A program made the position numbers and the translations under genes. Under the pieces are notes generated by a model. It worked only from the letters and a program-made list of their open reading frames with translations, did no database searches and had not been told where the DNA came from. 64,000 nucleotides of DNA from Candidatus Hydrogenedentales bacterium. GTDB taxonomy: Bacteria > Hydrogenedentota > Hydrogenedentia > Hydrogenedentales > GCA-2746185. Location: NCBI GenBank assembly GCA_038916785.1, contig JBCLBO010000004.1, forward strand, positions 6,086 through 70,085, in the 5' to 3' direction. Positions 37,202 through 49,145 of this stretch are shown here, one piece after another; position 1 is the stretch's first letter; every line of letters begins with the position of its first letter.

Positions 37202-37966
37202 TCACCAGAAGCAGCTAGACGATCTTGACTCTTTCAGAGCCTTCTCCCAAAGCGAAATCTCACTATCGAGCGATCGAGCCGATTTAATCATTTCAAGATA
37301 GGCCTCGGTAAAGAATTCGAGGTCGTCGGGCGGAATTATGTAATGCGGGTAGCGTTTGCCATCGGGATTTGATAGGTCTGAATTTGCCCAATTATGAATG
37401 TCTGCGTTATCCAAGAGACTGAATCCTCGATTCTCCGGATATGCTCGTAATTTTGTCAACAGATCAGGTGGCAGTAAACTCCTGTAGAAGTCTAGTCGAG
37501 ACCCGTAGGCGCCAAGGCGCTCCCTCGTGATTCCTTGGATAAGCTTGTTCATCGGGTCAGTTACGCCGACGAAGTTCACGTCGTTCACTGGTTTCGAGAT
37601 ATCCGTAGAGCTCAAACAGTTCAAGAACAGTGGATCCTCAAGATCGCTCAACAAATCAAAACTAAGGACGCCTAAACAATCGCGATAGATTATGTCCAGT
37701 CCATCCAGCGTTCTCGTCAACGCATTTCGTATGATTTCCGCTGCGTCTATTTTTTGTTTTTGAACTTCCTGCTCGGCGGCCGCGATTTTTTCACACTGCC
37801 TATGCGCGGACAGGCTGGACACCGCCAGAACGGCGAATCCAAGTAGAATTGCGGCCCATCCAAGCGGAAGAATTTTTCGAAAGCCTCGGGCGGTCTCGTC
37901 GTGAGTCTTACCGAAGACTCCGACAACAACGGACAGAAATGCGACGACATTCAGAAAATAAGTCAT
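37202..37966 (-). CDS. Hypothetical membrane-anchored protein encoded in the low-G+C islet
   Basis: 254 aa. The N-terminal two TM helices are followed by a soluble domain with no recognisable motifs. The codon usage is AT-rich relative to its neighbours. Confidence 0.4.
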   Translation of the reverse strand: MTYFLNVVAFLSVVVGVFGKTHDETARGFRKILPLGWAAILLGFAVLAVSSLSAHRQCEKIAAAEQEVQKQKIDAAEIIRNALTRTLDGLDIIYRDCLGVLSFDLLSDLEDPLFLNCLSSTDISKPVNDVNFVGVTDPMNKLIQGITRERLGAYGSRLDFYRSLLPPDLLTKLRAYPENRGFSLLDNADIHNWANSDLSNPDGKRYPHYIIPPDDLEFFTEAYLEMIKSARSLDSEISLWEKALKESRSSSCFW

Positions 37967-38122
37967 GCTGACGATCTCCCTGAGAGCCCATCAAACTTGT
38001 CGTATATTGTCAATACTGTTCATACATGAAAGGAGGCACGGGCACCGCTCGCAAAATCGACTGGTCCTCTGCGGCGCACTCGTGGTCCGAAGAACCGACC
38101 AGCGCAGTATACGGATGGAGAC

Positions 38123-38863
38123 TCACATGCGTGTACTTGAAGGGTCAGCGGCAGGTGTCGGCGACGTGCTTGCGCTGGTCCGCCGGAGTCTTTCTAATTT
38201 CCGCGTGACCAACTCCGCCCTGGGCGAGTCCCCGTAGCGGTCGAGGTAGGCCTGCAGCGTCCGGGCGGCGTCGTCCATCCGGGCGAGGCGTTCGCGGTAG
38301 ATATCCGAGAGGCGGTTCGTGGCGAGTAGCGCGCGTTCGGGGTTTACCGATTGGTGCAGGCCGCGCTCGAAGGACGCGGCGGCGTCTTCAAAGCGTTGCA
38401 ACTCGATGAGGACGTGTCCCACGCGGAAGGCGGTCTCGCTGTCTTTGGGGAAGATGCGCGCCATCACCATGTATTCGCGGAGCGCGCCTTCGTAGTCGCC
38501 GCGGGTTTCGAGGCCCTCGGCGAGGTTGAAGTTCGGCTCGTCGTTGCGGTGCTCGTGGGGCGGGTGCATGAGATTGACGATTTCCTGCGAGACGACCGAC
38601 ACAAGCGTGGGGCCATAGAGCGCGGTGGACGCGGCGGCCAGCGAGAGCGCGGTGAAGGCGTAGTCGGCGCTGACCTCGCCCATCCACACGCGGATCAGCA
38701 TGAGCTGGATCGTCAGAAACGCGACGACGCCGAGCAGCGAATAGACCTCGACGCGCATGGGAATTTCGCGGTGCAGCATATAGCGCTCGCGGAGCACGTG
38801 CACGCCCCAACCGAAGAAGGGGAGCATGAGCAGCACCGAGATGGCGAATACGACGATTGCCAT
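38123..38863 (-). CDS. Membrane protein with a C-terminal TPR-like domain
   Basis: Three or four N-terminal TM helices, then TPR-like helices (YEGALREYMVMARIFPKDSETAFRVGHVLIELQRFEDAAASFERGL). Confidence 0.4.
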   Translation of the reverse strand: MAIVVFAISVLLMLPFFGWGVHVLRERYMLHREIPMRVEVYSLLGVVAFLTIQLMLIRVWMGEVSADYAFTALSLAAASTALYGPTLVSVVSQEIVNLMHPPHEHRNDEPNFNLAEGLETRGDYEGALREYMVMARIFPKDSETAFRVGHVLIELQRFEDAAASFERGLHQSVNPERALLATNRLSDIYRERLARMDDAARTLQAYLDRYGDSPRAELVTRKLERLRRTSASTSPTPAADPSSTRM

Positions 38864-39136
38864 GATTAGATGGGCACCTTAGGCAGTGCCTGCGTCCCCC
38901 CCGCGGGCCGTAGAGTAGTCCGCGCCGTGCGCGATTTTCCACTTTATAGTCATTATGCCCTACATTCCCGATTTCCTACCTAAGCCTCAGGCCACCAGCC
39001 GCTTGGCGATTTTGACTTCCGCGCCGATCGGCACGTATGATCGCCAGTGCTGAGGTGCTTTCCGGCGCTGGCGCGCGGGCCTGACCATGGACCGTTCCGC
39101 CCAGCCCGCAGGCTGCTTGCGGAGGCTGCTCGCTGC

Positions 39137-40450
39137 ATGAAGGTCACCGTCATCGGGGGCGCCAGTTCCTATTCGCCGGAGTTGGTGGATGGCTTGCTGT
39201 CGCGCACCCACGCCCTTCCTCTTGAACGCCTCACGCTCATGGATATCGACGCCGCCAGGCTCGAGAGTGTCGCCGGATTCTGCCGGCGCATGGCCCAACA
39301 ACTCGGCCACCCTGTACATATAGAGACTTCTGTTGCACTCGAACCCGCACTGGAAGGCGCGGATTTTGTTGTGACGCAGATTCGCGTAGGGGGGATGGCC
39401 GCGCGCATCTCCGACGAGAAACTCGGCCGCCGCCACAGCATCCTCGGGCAAGAGACTACCGGCGTCGGCGGCTTCGCGTGCGCGCTGCGCACGATCCCGC
39501 GGATTGTCGCCGTCGCCCAGGCGATGGAAGAGATTTGCCCCGAGGCCTTCCTGCTCAATTTCACGAATCCCTCCGGCATTGTGACGGAGGCGGTGGTGAA
39601 GCATTCGAGCGTACGCGTCGCGGGCCTGTGCAATATCCCGATCGGCATGGAGATGGACGTCGCCAAGCACCTCGGCTGCGCGCATGCGGACGTCGAACTC
39701 GACTACGTGGGGCTGAACCACCTCTCGTGGGTCTACGGCGTGCGTATCGCCGGCCGCGACCGCACGGAAGACGCGCTCGACGCGCTGATCGCGCACGCGG
39801 CGGACGAGTGGGACCCCGGCCCGATTTGCGACGCGATGGTCCGCGCGATGCGCAGCCTCGGGATGTACTGCAATCCGTATTTGCAGTATTTCTACGCGCC
39901 CGAAGCGACCCTCGCGCGGCAGGCGGCGCAGGCCACGACCCGCGGCGAAGACGTGCAGGGGATCGAGGATGCGCTCTTCGCTATTTACGCGGACCCCGCC
40001 GCGAACCAAAAACCCGAAATGCTCTCCAAGCGCGGCGGCGCACACTACTCGACGGCCGCGCTCGCGGTCATGCAGGCGGTATGGAACGATACCGGCGCGC
40101 GTCTGATACTCTGCGCGCGCAACAATGGCGCGGTGCCCGAGTTCGACGGCGACGCCGTGCTCGAATTGCCCGCGCGCGTGGGCCGAGACGGCGTCGAGGC
40201 GCTGGCGCAACACGCGCCGCCGCACGCGATCCGCGGCCTCATGCAGGCGGTGAAATCCTATGAGTCGCTCACGGTCGATGCGGCGCTGACCGGGGACCGC
40301 GACGCGGCGATGCAGGCGATGATGGCGAACCCGCTGTTCCCGGGCGTGACGGAATCGGCGGCGTTGTTGGATGAACTGTTGGCGACTAACGAGCCGCACC
40401 TGCGGGGTACCTTCTTTCCCGCAGCGGCAGGAGTGGGAAATGATATCTGA
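39137..40450 (+). CDS. Glycoside hydrolase family 4 (NAD+/Mn2+-dependent 6-phospho-glucosidase / alpha-glycosidase-like)
   Basis: MKVTVIGGASSYSPELVDG Rossmann start, plus FLLNFTNPSGIVTEAV and GLCNIPIG, which are typical of GH4. Confidence 0.7.
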   Translation: MKVTVIGGASSYSPELVDGLLSRTHALPLERLTLMDIDAARLESVAGFCRRMAQQLGHPVHIETSVALEPALEGADFVVTQIRVGGMAARISDEKLGRRHSILGQETTGVGGFACALRTIPRIVAVAQAMEEICPEAFLLNFTNPSGIVTEAVVKHSSVRVAGLCNIPIGMEMDVAKHLGCAHADVELDYVGLNHLSWVYGVRIAGRDRTEDALDALIAHAADEWDPGPICDAMVRAMRSLGMYCNPYLQYFYAPEATLARQAAQATTRGEDVQGIEDALFAIYADPAANQKPEMLSKRGGAHYSTAALAVMQAVWNDTGARLILCARNNGAVPEFDGDAVLELPARVGRDGVEALAQHAPPHAIRGLMQAVKSYESLTVDAALTGDRDAAMQAMMANPLFPGVTESAALLDELLATNEPHLRGTFFPAAAGVGNDI

Positions 40451-41333
40451 GGCTTTGCTGCAGACGAATTTGCCAGACCGCAAACCGCACTCGCGCGGCA
40501 AAGTGCGCGACATCTATGACCTCGGAGACGAGTTGATCATCGTCGCCACCGATCGCATCTCCGCCTTCGATTGGGTGGACCCGGTTGGCATTCCCGACAA
40601 GGGAAAAATTCTCACGAAGATGTCCGTGTTTTGGTTCGAGATGATGCAGGAAATTGTCCCGAACCACCTCATCTCGATCGATCTGGCGGACATGCCCGAG
40701 GATTTCCAGCGGCACGCCCAACAATTCGACGGCCGCAGCATGCTGGTGAAGAAGTGCGAGATGCTGCCGATCGAGTTCGTCGTGCGCGGCTACCTCGCCG
40801 GCAGCGGCTGGAAGGAATACAAGCAGAAAGGGACTGTCTGCGACATGAAGCTCCCCGCCGGCCTTGTCGAGTCGAGCCGCCTCGATCAGCCGCTCTACAC
40901 CCCCGCGACGAAGGCGACCGACGGCCACGACATCAACATCAGCCCCGAAGAGGCGGGCAACATCATCGGCAAGGAGATGAACCGCAAAGCCTCGGACGCC
41001 GCCATCCGCGTGTACCAGCGCGCGCGCGACTACGCGGCCACGCGCGGCATCATCTTGTGCGACACGAAGTTCGAGTTCGGCACGATTGGCGGACAACTGG
41101 TCCTCGCGGACGAAGTACTCACGCCGGATTCGTCACGCTTCTGGCCGGCGGACCAATACTCGCCGGGCCGCGGGCAGCCGAGCTTCGACAAGCAATTCGT
41201 GCGCGACTGGCTCGAGGCGCAGGACTGGGACAAGAATTCCCCGCCGCCGCCCCTGCCGGACGACGTGGTGATGAAGACGCGGGAAAAATATGTTGAGGCG
41301 TATCGTCTGTTAACGGGGGGAGGCGAGTTCTGA
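40440..41333 (+). CDS. purC: Phosphoribosylaminoimidazole-succinocarboxamide synthase
   Basis: YRGKVRDIYDL ... ATDRISAFD ... ILCDTKFEFG is the SAICAR synthetase signature. It overlaps the end of the GH4 gene by 11 bp. Confidence 0.85.
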   Translation: MISEALLQTNLPDRKPHSRGKVRDIYDLGDELIIVATDRISAFDWVDPVGIPDKGKILTKMSVFWFEMMQEIVPNHLISIDLADMPEDFQRHAQQFDGRSMLVKKCEMLPIEFVVRGYLAGSGWKEYKQKGTVCDMKLPAGLVESSRLDQPLYTPATKATDGHDINISPEEAGNIIGKEMNRKASDAAIRVYQRARDYAATRGIILCDTKFEFGTIGGQLVLADEVLTPDSSRFWPADQYSPGRGQPSFDKQFVRDWLEAQDWDKNSPPPPLPDDVVMKTREKYVEAYRLLTGGGEF

Positions 41334-42862
41334 TGTCGGGCGGACCATCGAGCTACTTCACGCAACTCGGCGATCGGCTGCGACGTCATCCCAACCTGCA
41401 CGGCCGGGACCTCGGCGACGACCATATGAAAGACGAGTGCGGCGTGTTCGCCATCGTCGGTCACGACGAGGCCGCGACGCTGACCTACCTCGGGCTCTAC
41501 GCCTTGCAGCACCGCGGGCAAGAGGGCGCGGGCATTGTCGTGAGCAACAAGGGCCAACTGAACGCGCACCGCGGCGTCGGGCTGGTGTCCGATGTGTTCC
41601 CGCGGCACAAGCTGAACCGCCTGCGCGGCGACATCGCGATCGGGCACGTGCGCTACTCGACCTTCGGCAGCAGCGAGCTGAAAAATGTGCAGCCGCTTCC
41701 GGTGGACTACGCGCGCGGCTCGATGGCGCTCGGGCACAACGGCAACCTCGTCAACGCAGACTTCCTGCGCGCCGAACTCGAGGCGCAAGGCGCCATCTTC
41801 CAGTCCACCACCGACAGCGAAGTCATCATTCAGCTCATCGCGCGCTCGCGCGAGACAAAGTACATGGACACCGTGATCGACGCGCTGCGCAAGGTCGTGG
41901 GCGCGTACACCATCGTCACAACGAACGGCGACTGCGTGGTCGCCGCGCGCGACCCGCTCGGGTTCAGGCCGCTGTGGCTGGGGCGCGTGGCCGATGCCTA
42001 TGTGCTCGCGAGCGAGACCTGCGCCCTCGATATCATCGACGCCGACTGGGTGCGCGAGATCGCGCCGGGCGAGGTGCTGTGCATCACGCGCGACGGCGTC
42101 GAGACGTGCAAGCCCTTCGAGAAGGTCGTGCCCAAACAGTGCGTCTTCGAGTACGTCTATGTCGCGCGGCCGGACAGTTTCATCTTCGGGCACAGCGTGG
42201 ATGAGGTGCGCAAGCGCCTCGGCGCGAATCTGGTCAAGGTCGCGCCCGTCGAGGCGGACATCGTCATGGCCGTGCCGGACTCGTCCAACCCCGCCGCGCT
42301 GGGCTATGCGCACGCCTCCGGTATTCCCTTCGACATGGGCTTCATCCGAAATCACTACGTCGGCCGCACTTTCATCGAACCCGACCAGAAAATCCGGGAC
42401 TTCGGCGTGAAGGTGAAACTCAACCCCTCCCGCACGGCGATCGAGGGCAAGCGCATCGTGCTCATCGACGACAGCATCGTGCGCGGAACGACCGCAAAGA
42501 AGATCATCAAAATGCTGCGGCGCTGCCGCGCAAAAGAAATCCATTTCCGGATTAGCTGCCCGCCCATCATCGGCTCGTGCTACTACGGCATCGACACGCC
42601 GAACCGCGAGCGCCTCATCTCGTACAACAAGACGGTCGAAGAGGTACGGAAATTTCTCGACGTCGATTCGCTCGCATTTCAGACCATCGACGGACTGCTC
42701 GAAGCCACCGGCTCCGCGCGCGACCATTTCTGCCTGGCGTGCTTTACGACCAACTACCCGACGCCGACCCCGCGCGACTTCGATCCGGGCGTGATACGAC
42801 AGCGGATGGTGGACACCAGCACCTATACCTATGAGATGAGCGGCTTCCCGCCGGAAACGTAG
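41333..42862 (+). CDS. purF: Amidophosphoribosyltransferase
   Basis: Ntn Cys in (M)KDECGVFAIVG, then LYALQHRGQEGAGI and a C-terminal PRTase domain (VLIDDSIVRGTT). The start may be the internal Met at 41426, which would make the preceding residues a propeptide. Confidence 0.85.
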   Translation: MSGGPSSYFTQLGDRLRRHPNLHGRDLGDDHMKDECGVFAIVGHDEAATLTYLGLYALQHRGQEGAGIVVSNKGQLNAHRGVGLVSDVFPRHKLNRLRGDIAIGHVRYSTFGSSELKNVQPLPVDYARGSMALGHNGNLVNADFLRAELEAQGAIFQSTTDSEVIIQLIARSRETKYMDTVIDALRKVVGAYTIVTTNGDCVVAARDPLGFRPLWLGRVADAYVLASETCALDIIDADWVREIAPGEVLCITRDGVETCKPFEKVVPKQCVFEYVYVARPDSFIFGHSVDEVRKRLGANLVKVAPVEADIVMAVPDSSNPAALGYAHASGIPFDMGFIRNHYVGRTFIEPDQKIRDFGVKVKLNPSRTAIEGKRIVLIDDSIVRGTTAKKIIKMLRRCRAKEIHFRISCPPIIGSCYYGIDTPNRERLISYNKTVEEVRKFLDVDSLAFQTIDGLLEATGSARDHFCLACFTTNYPTPTPRDFDPGVIRQRMVDTSTYTYEMSGFPPET

Positions 42863-42886
42863 GTCTGGGGGAAAAGCCCAGGCTTT

Positions 42887-42913
42887 GTAGCATGGGCGGG
42901 CCGCCTACGGGGG
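42887..42913. repeat. REP element of the gtagcatgggcggcccgcccatgcggg family (variant copy)
   Basis: Other copies are at 24115-24145 and 58141-58206 (tandem there). Confidence 0.7.
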
Positions 42914-43082
42914 TGCCGAAGGCCGCCGAATTTTCGAGAATACTGCTAAATTATCGTAATCCGGATCGCCGTGCGCATTAGTATCCGTACTTTACGTGGA
43001 ACTTTACCCACAACTCGGCGGTTTCATGTAATGTAGTGGTCAAGGCGGTGGCATCCGGGCCGTCGCCACAGCAAGGCTGCGC

Positions 43083-43286
43083 ATGAGCGGAATGTTCACT
43101 ACCGAGAGCACGAGTCAGTTGATGCGGCGCGGCCGCGTCAAGACCTCGAACCGTCTCTATAAATTCTGGCTCTCGACAGTCCGCGGCTGGATAATCGAAA
43201 AACGCGTGCAGACCCCCCAAGGCTACTCCTTCGGCCGCCTCACCTACAAAACCAGTTGGGTCCTCAAGCCGAAGAATCTGGACTGA
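43083..43286 (+). CDS. Possible small basic protein (67 aa), unknown
   Basis: The ORF lies in a locally lower-G+C stretch immediately upstream of the DUF433/DUF5615 pair. No family was recognised. Confidence 0.15.
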   Translation: MSGMFTTESTSQLMRRGRVKTSNRLYKFWLSTVRGWIIEKRVQTPQGYSFGRLTYKTSWVLKPKNLD

Positions 43287-43389
43287 GGGTAAGCGGGCAG
43301 AAGGGTGCGCATGGTCGCGCGCGGCTCTGAGCACCTTGGTTCTTTGCGTATTCCGGTAGGGTATACTCACGCAGGGCGGAGAGCGTTCC

Positions 43390-43644
43390 ATGGCCGCCAA
43401 TTCCCGAGTCGAAATCAATCCAAAAATCATGCTGGGGAAACCAGTGATCCGCGGCATACGCATCACGGTGGAGCTCGTGTTGCGCAAGCTCTCCGAGGGC
43501 GCGACCGAAGCGGATATTATCGACATGTATCCGCACCTGATTCCAGACGACATTCGGGCTGCGATTTCGTACGGCGCCGATTCCGTCTCTCACGAAGAGA
43601 CCATTTTTTTCGATGATTCCGGCGCTCGAACGTCGAGCGGCTGA
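43390..43644 (+). CDS. DUF433-domain protein (putative antitoxin-like partner)
   Basis: GKPVIRGIRITVELVLRKLSEGATEADIIDMYPHLIPDDIRAAISY matches the DUF433 consensus. Confidence 0.65.
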   Translation: MAANSRVEINPKIMLGKPVIRGIRITVELVLRKLSEGATEADIIDMYPHLIPDDIRAAISYGADSVSHEETIFFDDSGARTSSG

Positions 43645-43992
43645 ATGCGGTTCCTCGCGCCCAAGAATTGCGATCAGCGACTTCTTGAAGCACTCCGTTC
43701 CGCAGGCCACGACGTTCTGTCTATGCGCGATTTGGCGGCCGGCAGCGACGACGACGAAGTGCTTTCCCATGCGCTTGGTGGGGCTCGGGTTCTCCTAACC
43801 GAAGACAAGGGATTCGGCGAGCTCGTGCACCGCCAGTCTCTTCAATCGCCCGGGGTGATTCTGTTTAGGGTTCCTTTGGCGGCAAGGGATTGGTTGGTCA
43901 GGAATGCCGCTGCCATCCTGAAAGAATACGAACTTAAGCACGCCGGACGATTCGCGGTAGTGACGCCGGGAAGACTCCGCGTAGTGCAATGA
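43645..43992 (+). CDS. DUF5615-family PIN-like protein (putative toxin partner of DUF433)
   Basis: MRFLAPKN ... LLEALRSAGHDV ... LLTEDKGFGELV. The start codon directly abuts the DUF433 stop (TGAATG). Confidence 0.6.
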   Translation: MRFLAPKNCDQRLLEALRSAGHDVLSMRDLAAGSDDDEVLSHALGGARVLLTEDKGFGELVHRQSLQSPGVILFRVPLAARDWLVRNAAAILKEYELKHAGRFAVVTPGRLRVVQ

Positions 43993-44058
43993 CCGGCTGC
44001 CGTACACGCCGGCGAACGCTTTACGCTCATCCAGCACGTTCGTGATTCGCCGATGTCG

Positions 44059-45867
44059 TCACGGCACCAGATTCGTTCCATCCGCGGTGCTCGGCAACCG
44101 AACACCCGTGAGGTACGCCAGCGTCGCGCCGAGATCGTGCAAGTGCGCCTGCTTCGGGATTTTGCGCTGACGGCGATCGGGGATTTCGATGATGAGGGGG
44201 ACGCGCTCTCCGGGGACGCCCAGAAACTTTCGCGAGGCGCCTTCGGAGAACTCGTGGCCGTACGGCGCCGTCACCACGATGCAGGTGTTCGCGCGGGTCT
44301 CGTAGTCGCGGATGAACTTGAAGAGCTCGCCGAGCTGGCGGTCCACGCCGAGCAGCGCGTTGTCGAAGCGGTCGATGTCCGACTCCGCGCCGCTCTCGTT
44401 TTTGAACGTCCCCGCCCCGGAGCCTTCGGATGGCGGAAAGTCCGCCAGCGTGCGCACGCGCACCAAACAAAGAAAGGGAATCGTCTGATGCTCCGCGATC
44501 CACTCGCGCGCGCGGGCGATCGCGGTCGAGGTAGCGCCGCCTTCGGCCGCGGGGGTGGCGCGCAGATCGTCGTACACCTCGAAGCCCGCGGCCCACGGCG
44601 CGTCGCGCGCGAGGTCCGCGACGCCCGCTTCGATGAAGGCCACGGTCGCGTAGCCCGCGCGGCGCAGCAGTTCCGGCAGTGCGGGACCCCCGCCTGCGCC
44701 GCCCAATTGCGCGGGGTCTTCGCCGGTCATGCTGGCGAACAGGGCGAAGTCGGCGCCCGCGCCGGGTGAGACCGTGTTCGGGAAAAGTTGCGCGCGATAG
44801 CCGAGGCGATCGATCGCGGGCGTCACGTCGCGCGGATAGCCGAAGAGCCCGAGGTGGTCCGCGCCGAGGCCGTCCACGAAGATAACGAGCAGGTTCGGCG
44901 TGCGCGGGGCCGGGCGCTCGGAGTAGACGCTGGGGCCGGAGACGTAAACCTGGGCCGGCGCGGACGGCCCCGCGCCCGGCGTCTCGGGGAGGTTGTACAC
45001 GATCGGGCGCAGGCCGAGGATGCGCTGCCAGTTCGGCTCGCGCGTGCGCGTCCAGTACATCGAATACTCGCGCACGTCCGCCGGGAAAAATTCGCTGGGC
45101 ACGATCCATTCCGCCCAGCCGCCGGCGGGCAGCGTGACGGAACCCTGATAGACCTTCGTGTCGCGGCCGCTCAGCGATACCGAAACATAGAGCCGCGCGC
45201 GAGGCTCGCTCGTTTGAGCATCCGCATCCGCATTCGCAAAGCGCAGCGCCAGCAGCGGTTTCTCACCAGCGGTGATCGGTCCGGAGAGCGTCGCGCCCTC
45301 GCCGACGATTCGCGCGCGCGCGATTTGCGTGCCAGCGACTACGCGCTGCTCTTCGCTGGACACCGTGACGCGCCCGGCCTCGACCGATCCGCGCCAGGCG
45401 AACAGCAGCACCGCGCCAGCGACGCCGGCCGCAAGTCCGGAGGCGGCCCATACGATGATCGAGCGCTCGGTACTCTCGGGGCCGGTCAGGACCGCATAGA
45501 AGCTCGCGAGTTTGAAGAGTACATGCACGCCGCCAAATACGCCGACCAGTATGAGCGGCGCGGCGCGCTCGAGACTGGCGGACAAGCCCGGCACGGGGAT
45601 GCCCAACAGCACGGGCAAGAGCGCGCATGCGGCCAGGTTCGAGAAGGCCTCCGTCACAACCATCGCCGGACTGCGCGTGGGTTGATAGAGGCGCAGCACC
45701 GCAAAGTACAAGAGCTGCGCGGCGGCATACAGGAACGCCACGCCCAGCGTCACATAGACCGCCGGCATGAATCCCGATATGAAGCCGAACTGCGCGAGCA
45801 CGCCGCGCGCGAACGAGCCCACGAAGGCCGCGGCGATGCTGAGGCTCAGCACGTAGACGCCAAACAC
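44059..45867 (-). CDS. Membrane-anchored sulfatase/alkaline-phosphatase-superfamily protein (LtaS/phosphotransferase-like)
   Basis: N-terminal domain of about 170 aa with five or six TM helices, then a sulfatase-like domain (LLVIFVDGLGADHLGLFGYP). No canonical C-x-P-x-R formylglycine motif was seen, which favours a transferase over a true sulfatase. Confidence 0.5.
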   Translation of the reverse strand: MFGVYVLSLSIAAAFVGSFARGVLAQFGFISGFMPAVYVTLGVAFLYAAAQLLYFAVLRLYQPTRSPAMVVTEAFSNLAACALLPVLLGIPVPGLSASLERAAPLILVGVFGGVHVLFKLASFYAVLTGPESTERSIIVWAASGLAAGVAGAVLLFAWRGSVEAGRVTVSSEEQRVVAGTQIARARIVGEGATLSGPITAGEKPLLALRFANADADAQTSEPRARLYVSVSLSGRDTKVYQGSVTLPAGGWAEWIVPSEFFPADVREYSMYWTRTREPNWQRILGLRPIVYNLPETPGAGPSAPAQVYVSGPSVYSERPAPRTPNLLVIFVDGLGADHLGLFGYPRDVTPAIDRLGYRAQLFPNTVSPGAGADFALFASMTGEDPAQLGGAGGGPALPELLRRAGYATVAFIEAGVADLARDAPWAAGFEVYDDLRATPAAEGGATSTAIARAREWIAEHQTIPFLCLVRVRTLADFPPSEGSGAGTFKNESGAESDIDRFDNALLGVDRQLGELFKFIRDYETRANTCIVVTAPYGHEFSEGASRKFLGVPGERVPLIIEIPDRRQRKIPKQAHLHDLGATLAYLTGVRLPSTADGTNLVP

Positions 45868-46056
45868 GGCGATGCCCCTCGGCGAATCCGGCGCGACACT
45901 TCGCGCGCGGTCCGCCGTCCCGATGACTTCCCCCGGCCGCGGCGACGATGCGCCGCAGCCCCAATTGGCCGCGCCCGAGGGCCTTTGTTATGATTGCGCC
46001 CTTCGGCACGGCTACACGCAGTTTATCACGCTCAAGTTACGGGAGTTCAATCCCTG

Positions 46057-48822
<2,766 letters not shown>

Positions 48823-48897
48823 GTGCGCACAAGCTGGAATCCTTGCGCTAGTGCCGACAATTGTGGCCTAGGCTCGGAGTCGAGACGACCCGACTTG

Positions 48898-49056
48898 TCA
48901 TTGCGAGGAGCGCGGTTGCGACGAAGCAATCTCCGCCAGACGCTACGGTATGCAAGCGATCCTTCCTGCTCATATAAATACTCCCACCACGAGCTTGGGT
49001 TCCGTGGATCGCACGTGATCGCTGGAAGCGATTGCTTCGCTACCGCTCGCAATGAC
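48898..49056. repeat. Imperfect 30-bp inverted repeat (gtcattgcgag ... gcgacgaagcaatc // gattgcttcgc ... ctcgcaatgac) enclosing about 90 bp, in the leader of the transglutaminase-like gene
   Basis: Read directly. It may be a structured RNA or MITE-like element. Confidence 0.5.
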
Positions 49057-49145
49057 AATGTTGCAGGCTCGCGTCGATACCCGCAGGATCGCACGATGGA
49101 TCGTCGAATAATATGCTCCGATACGCTGTTTCGTAATCCGGAGCG

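Noticed and set aside
38987-40513. 508-aa ORF on the minus strand
   Set aside because: Antisense to the GH4 glycosidase gene, which has a clear Rossmann N-terminus and family motifs.
42870-43390. Searched for tmRNA, RNase P or SRP RNA in the AT-richer gap after purF
   Set aside because: None of the conserved cores is present (tmRNA tRNA-like ends and tag reading frame, RNase P GNAA/ACAGAA motifs, SRP domain IV). Only a REP element and a small ORF were found.
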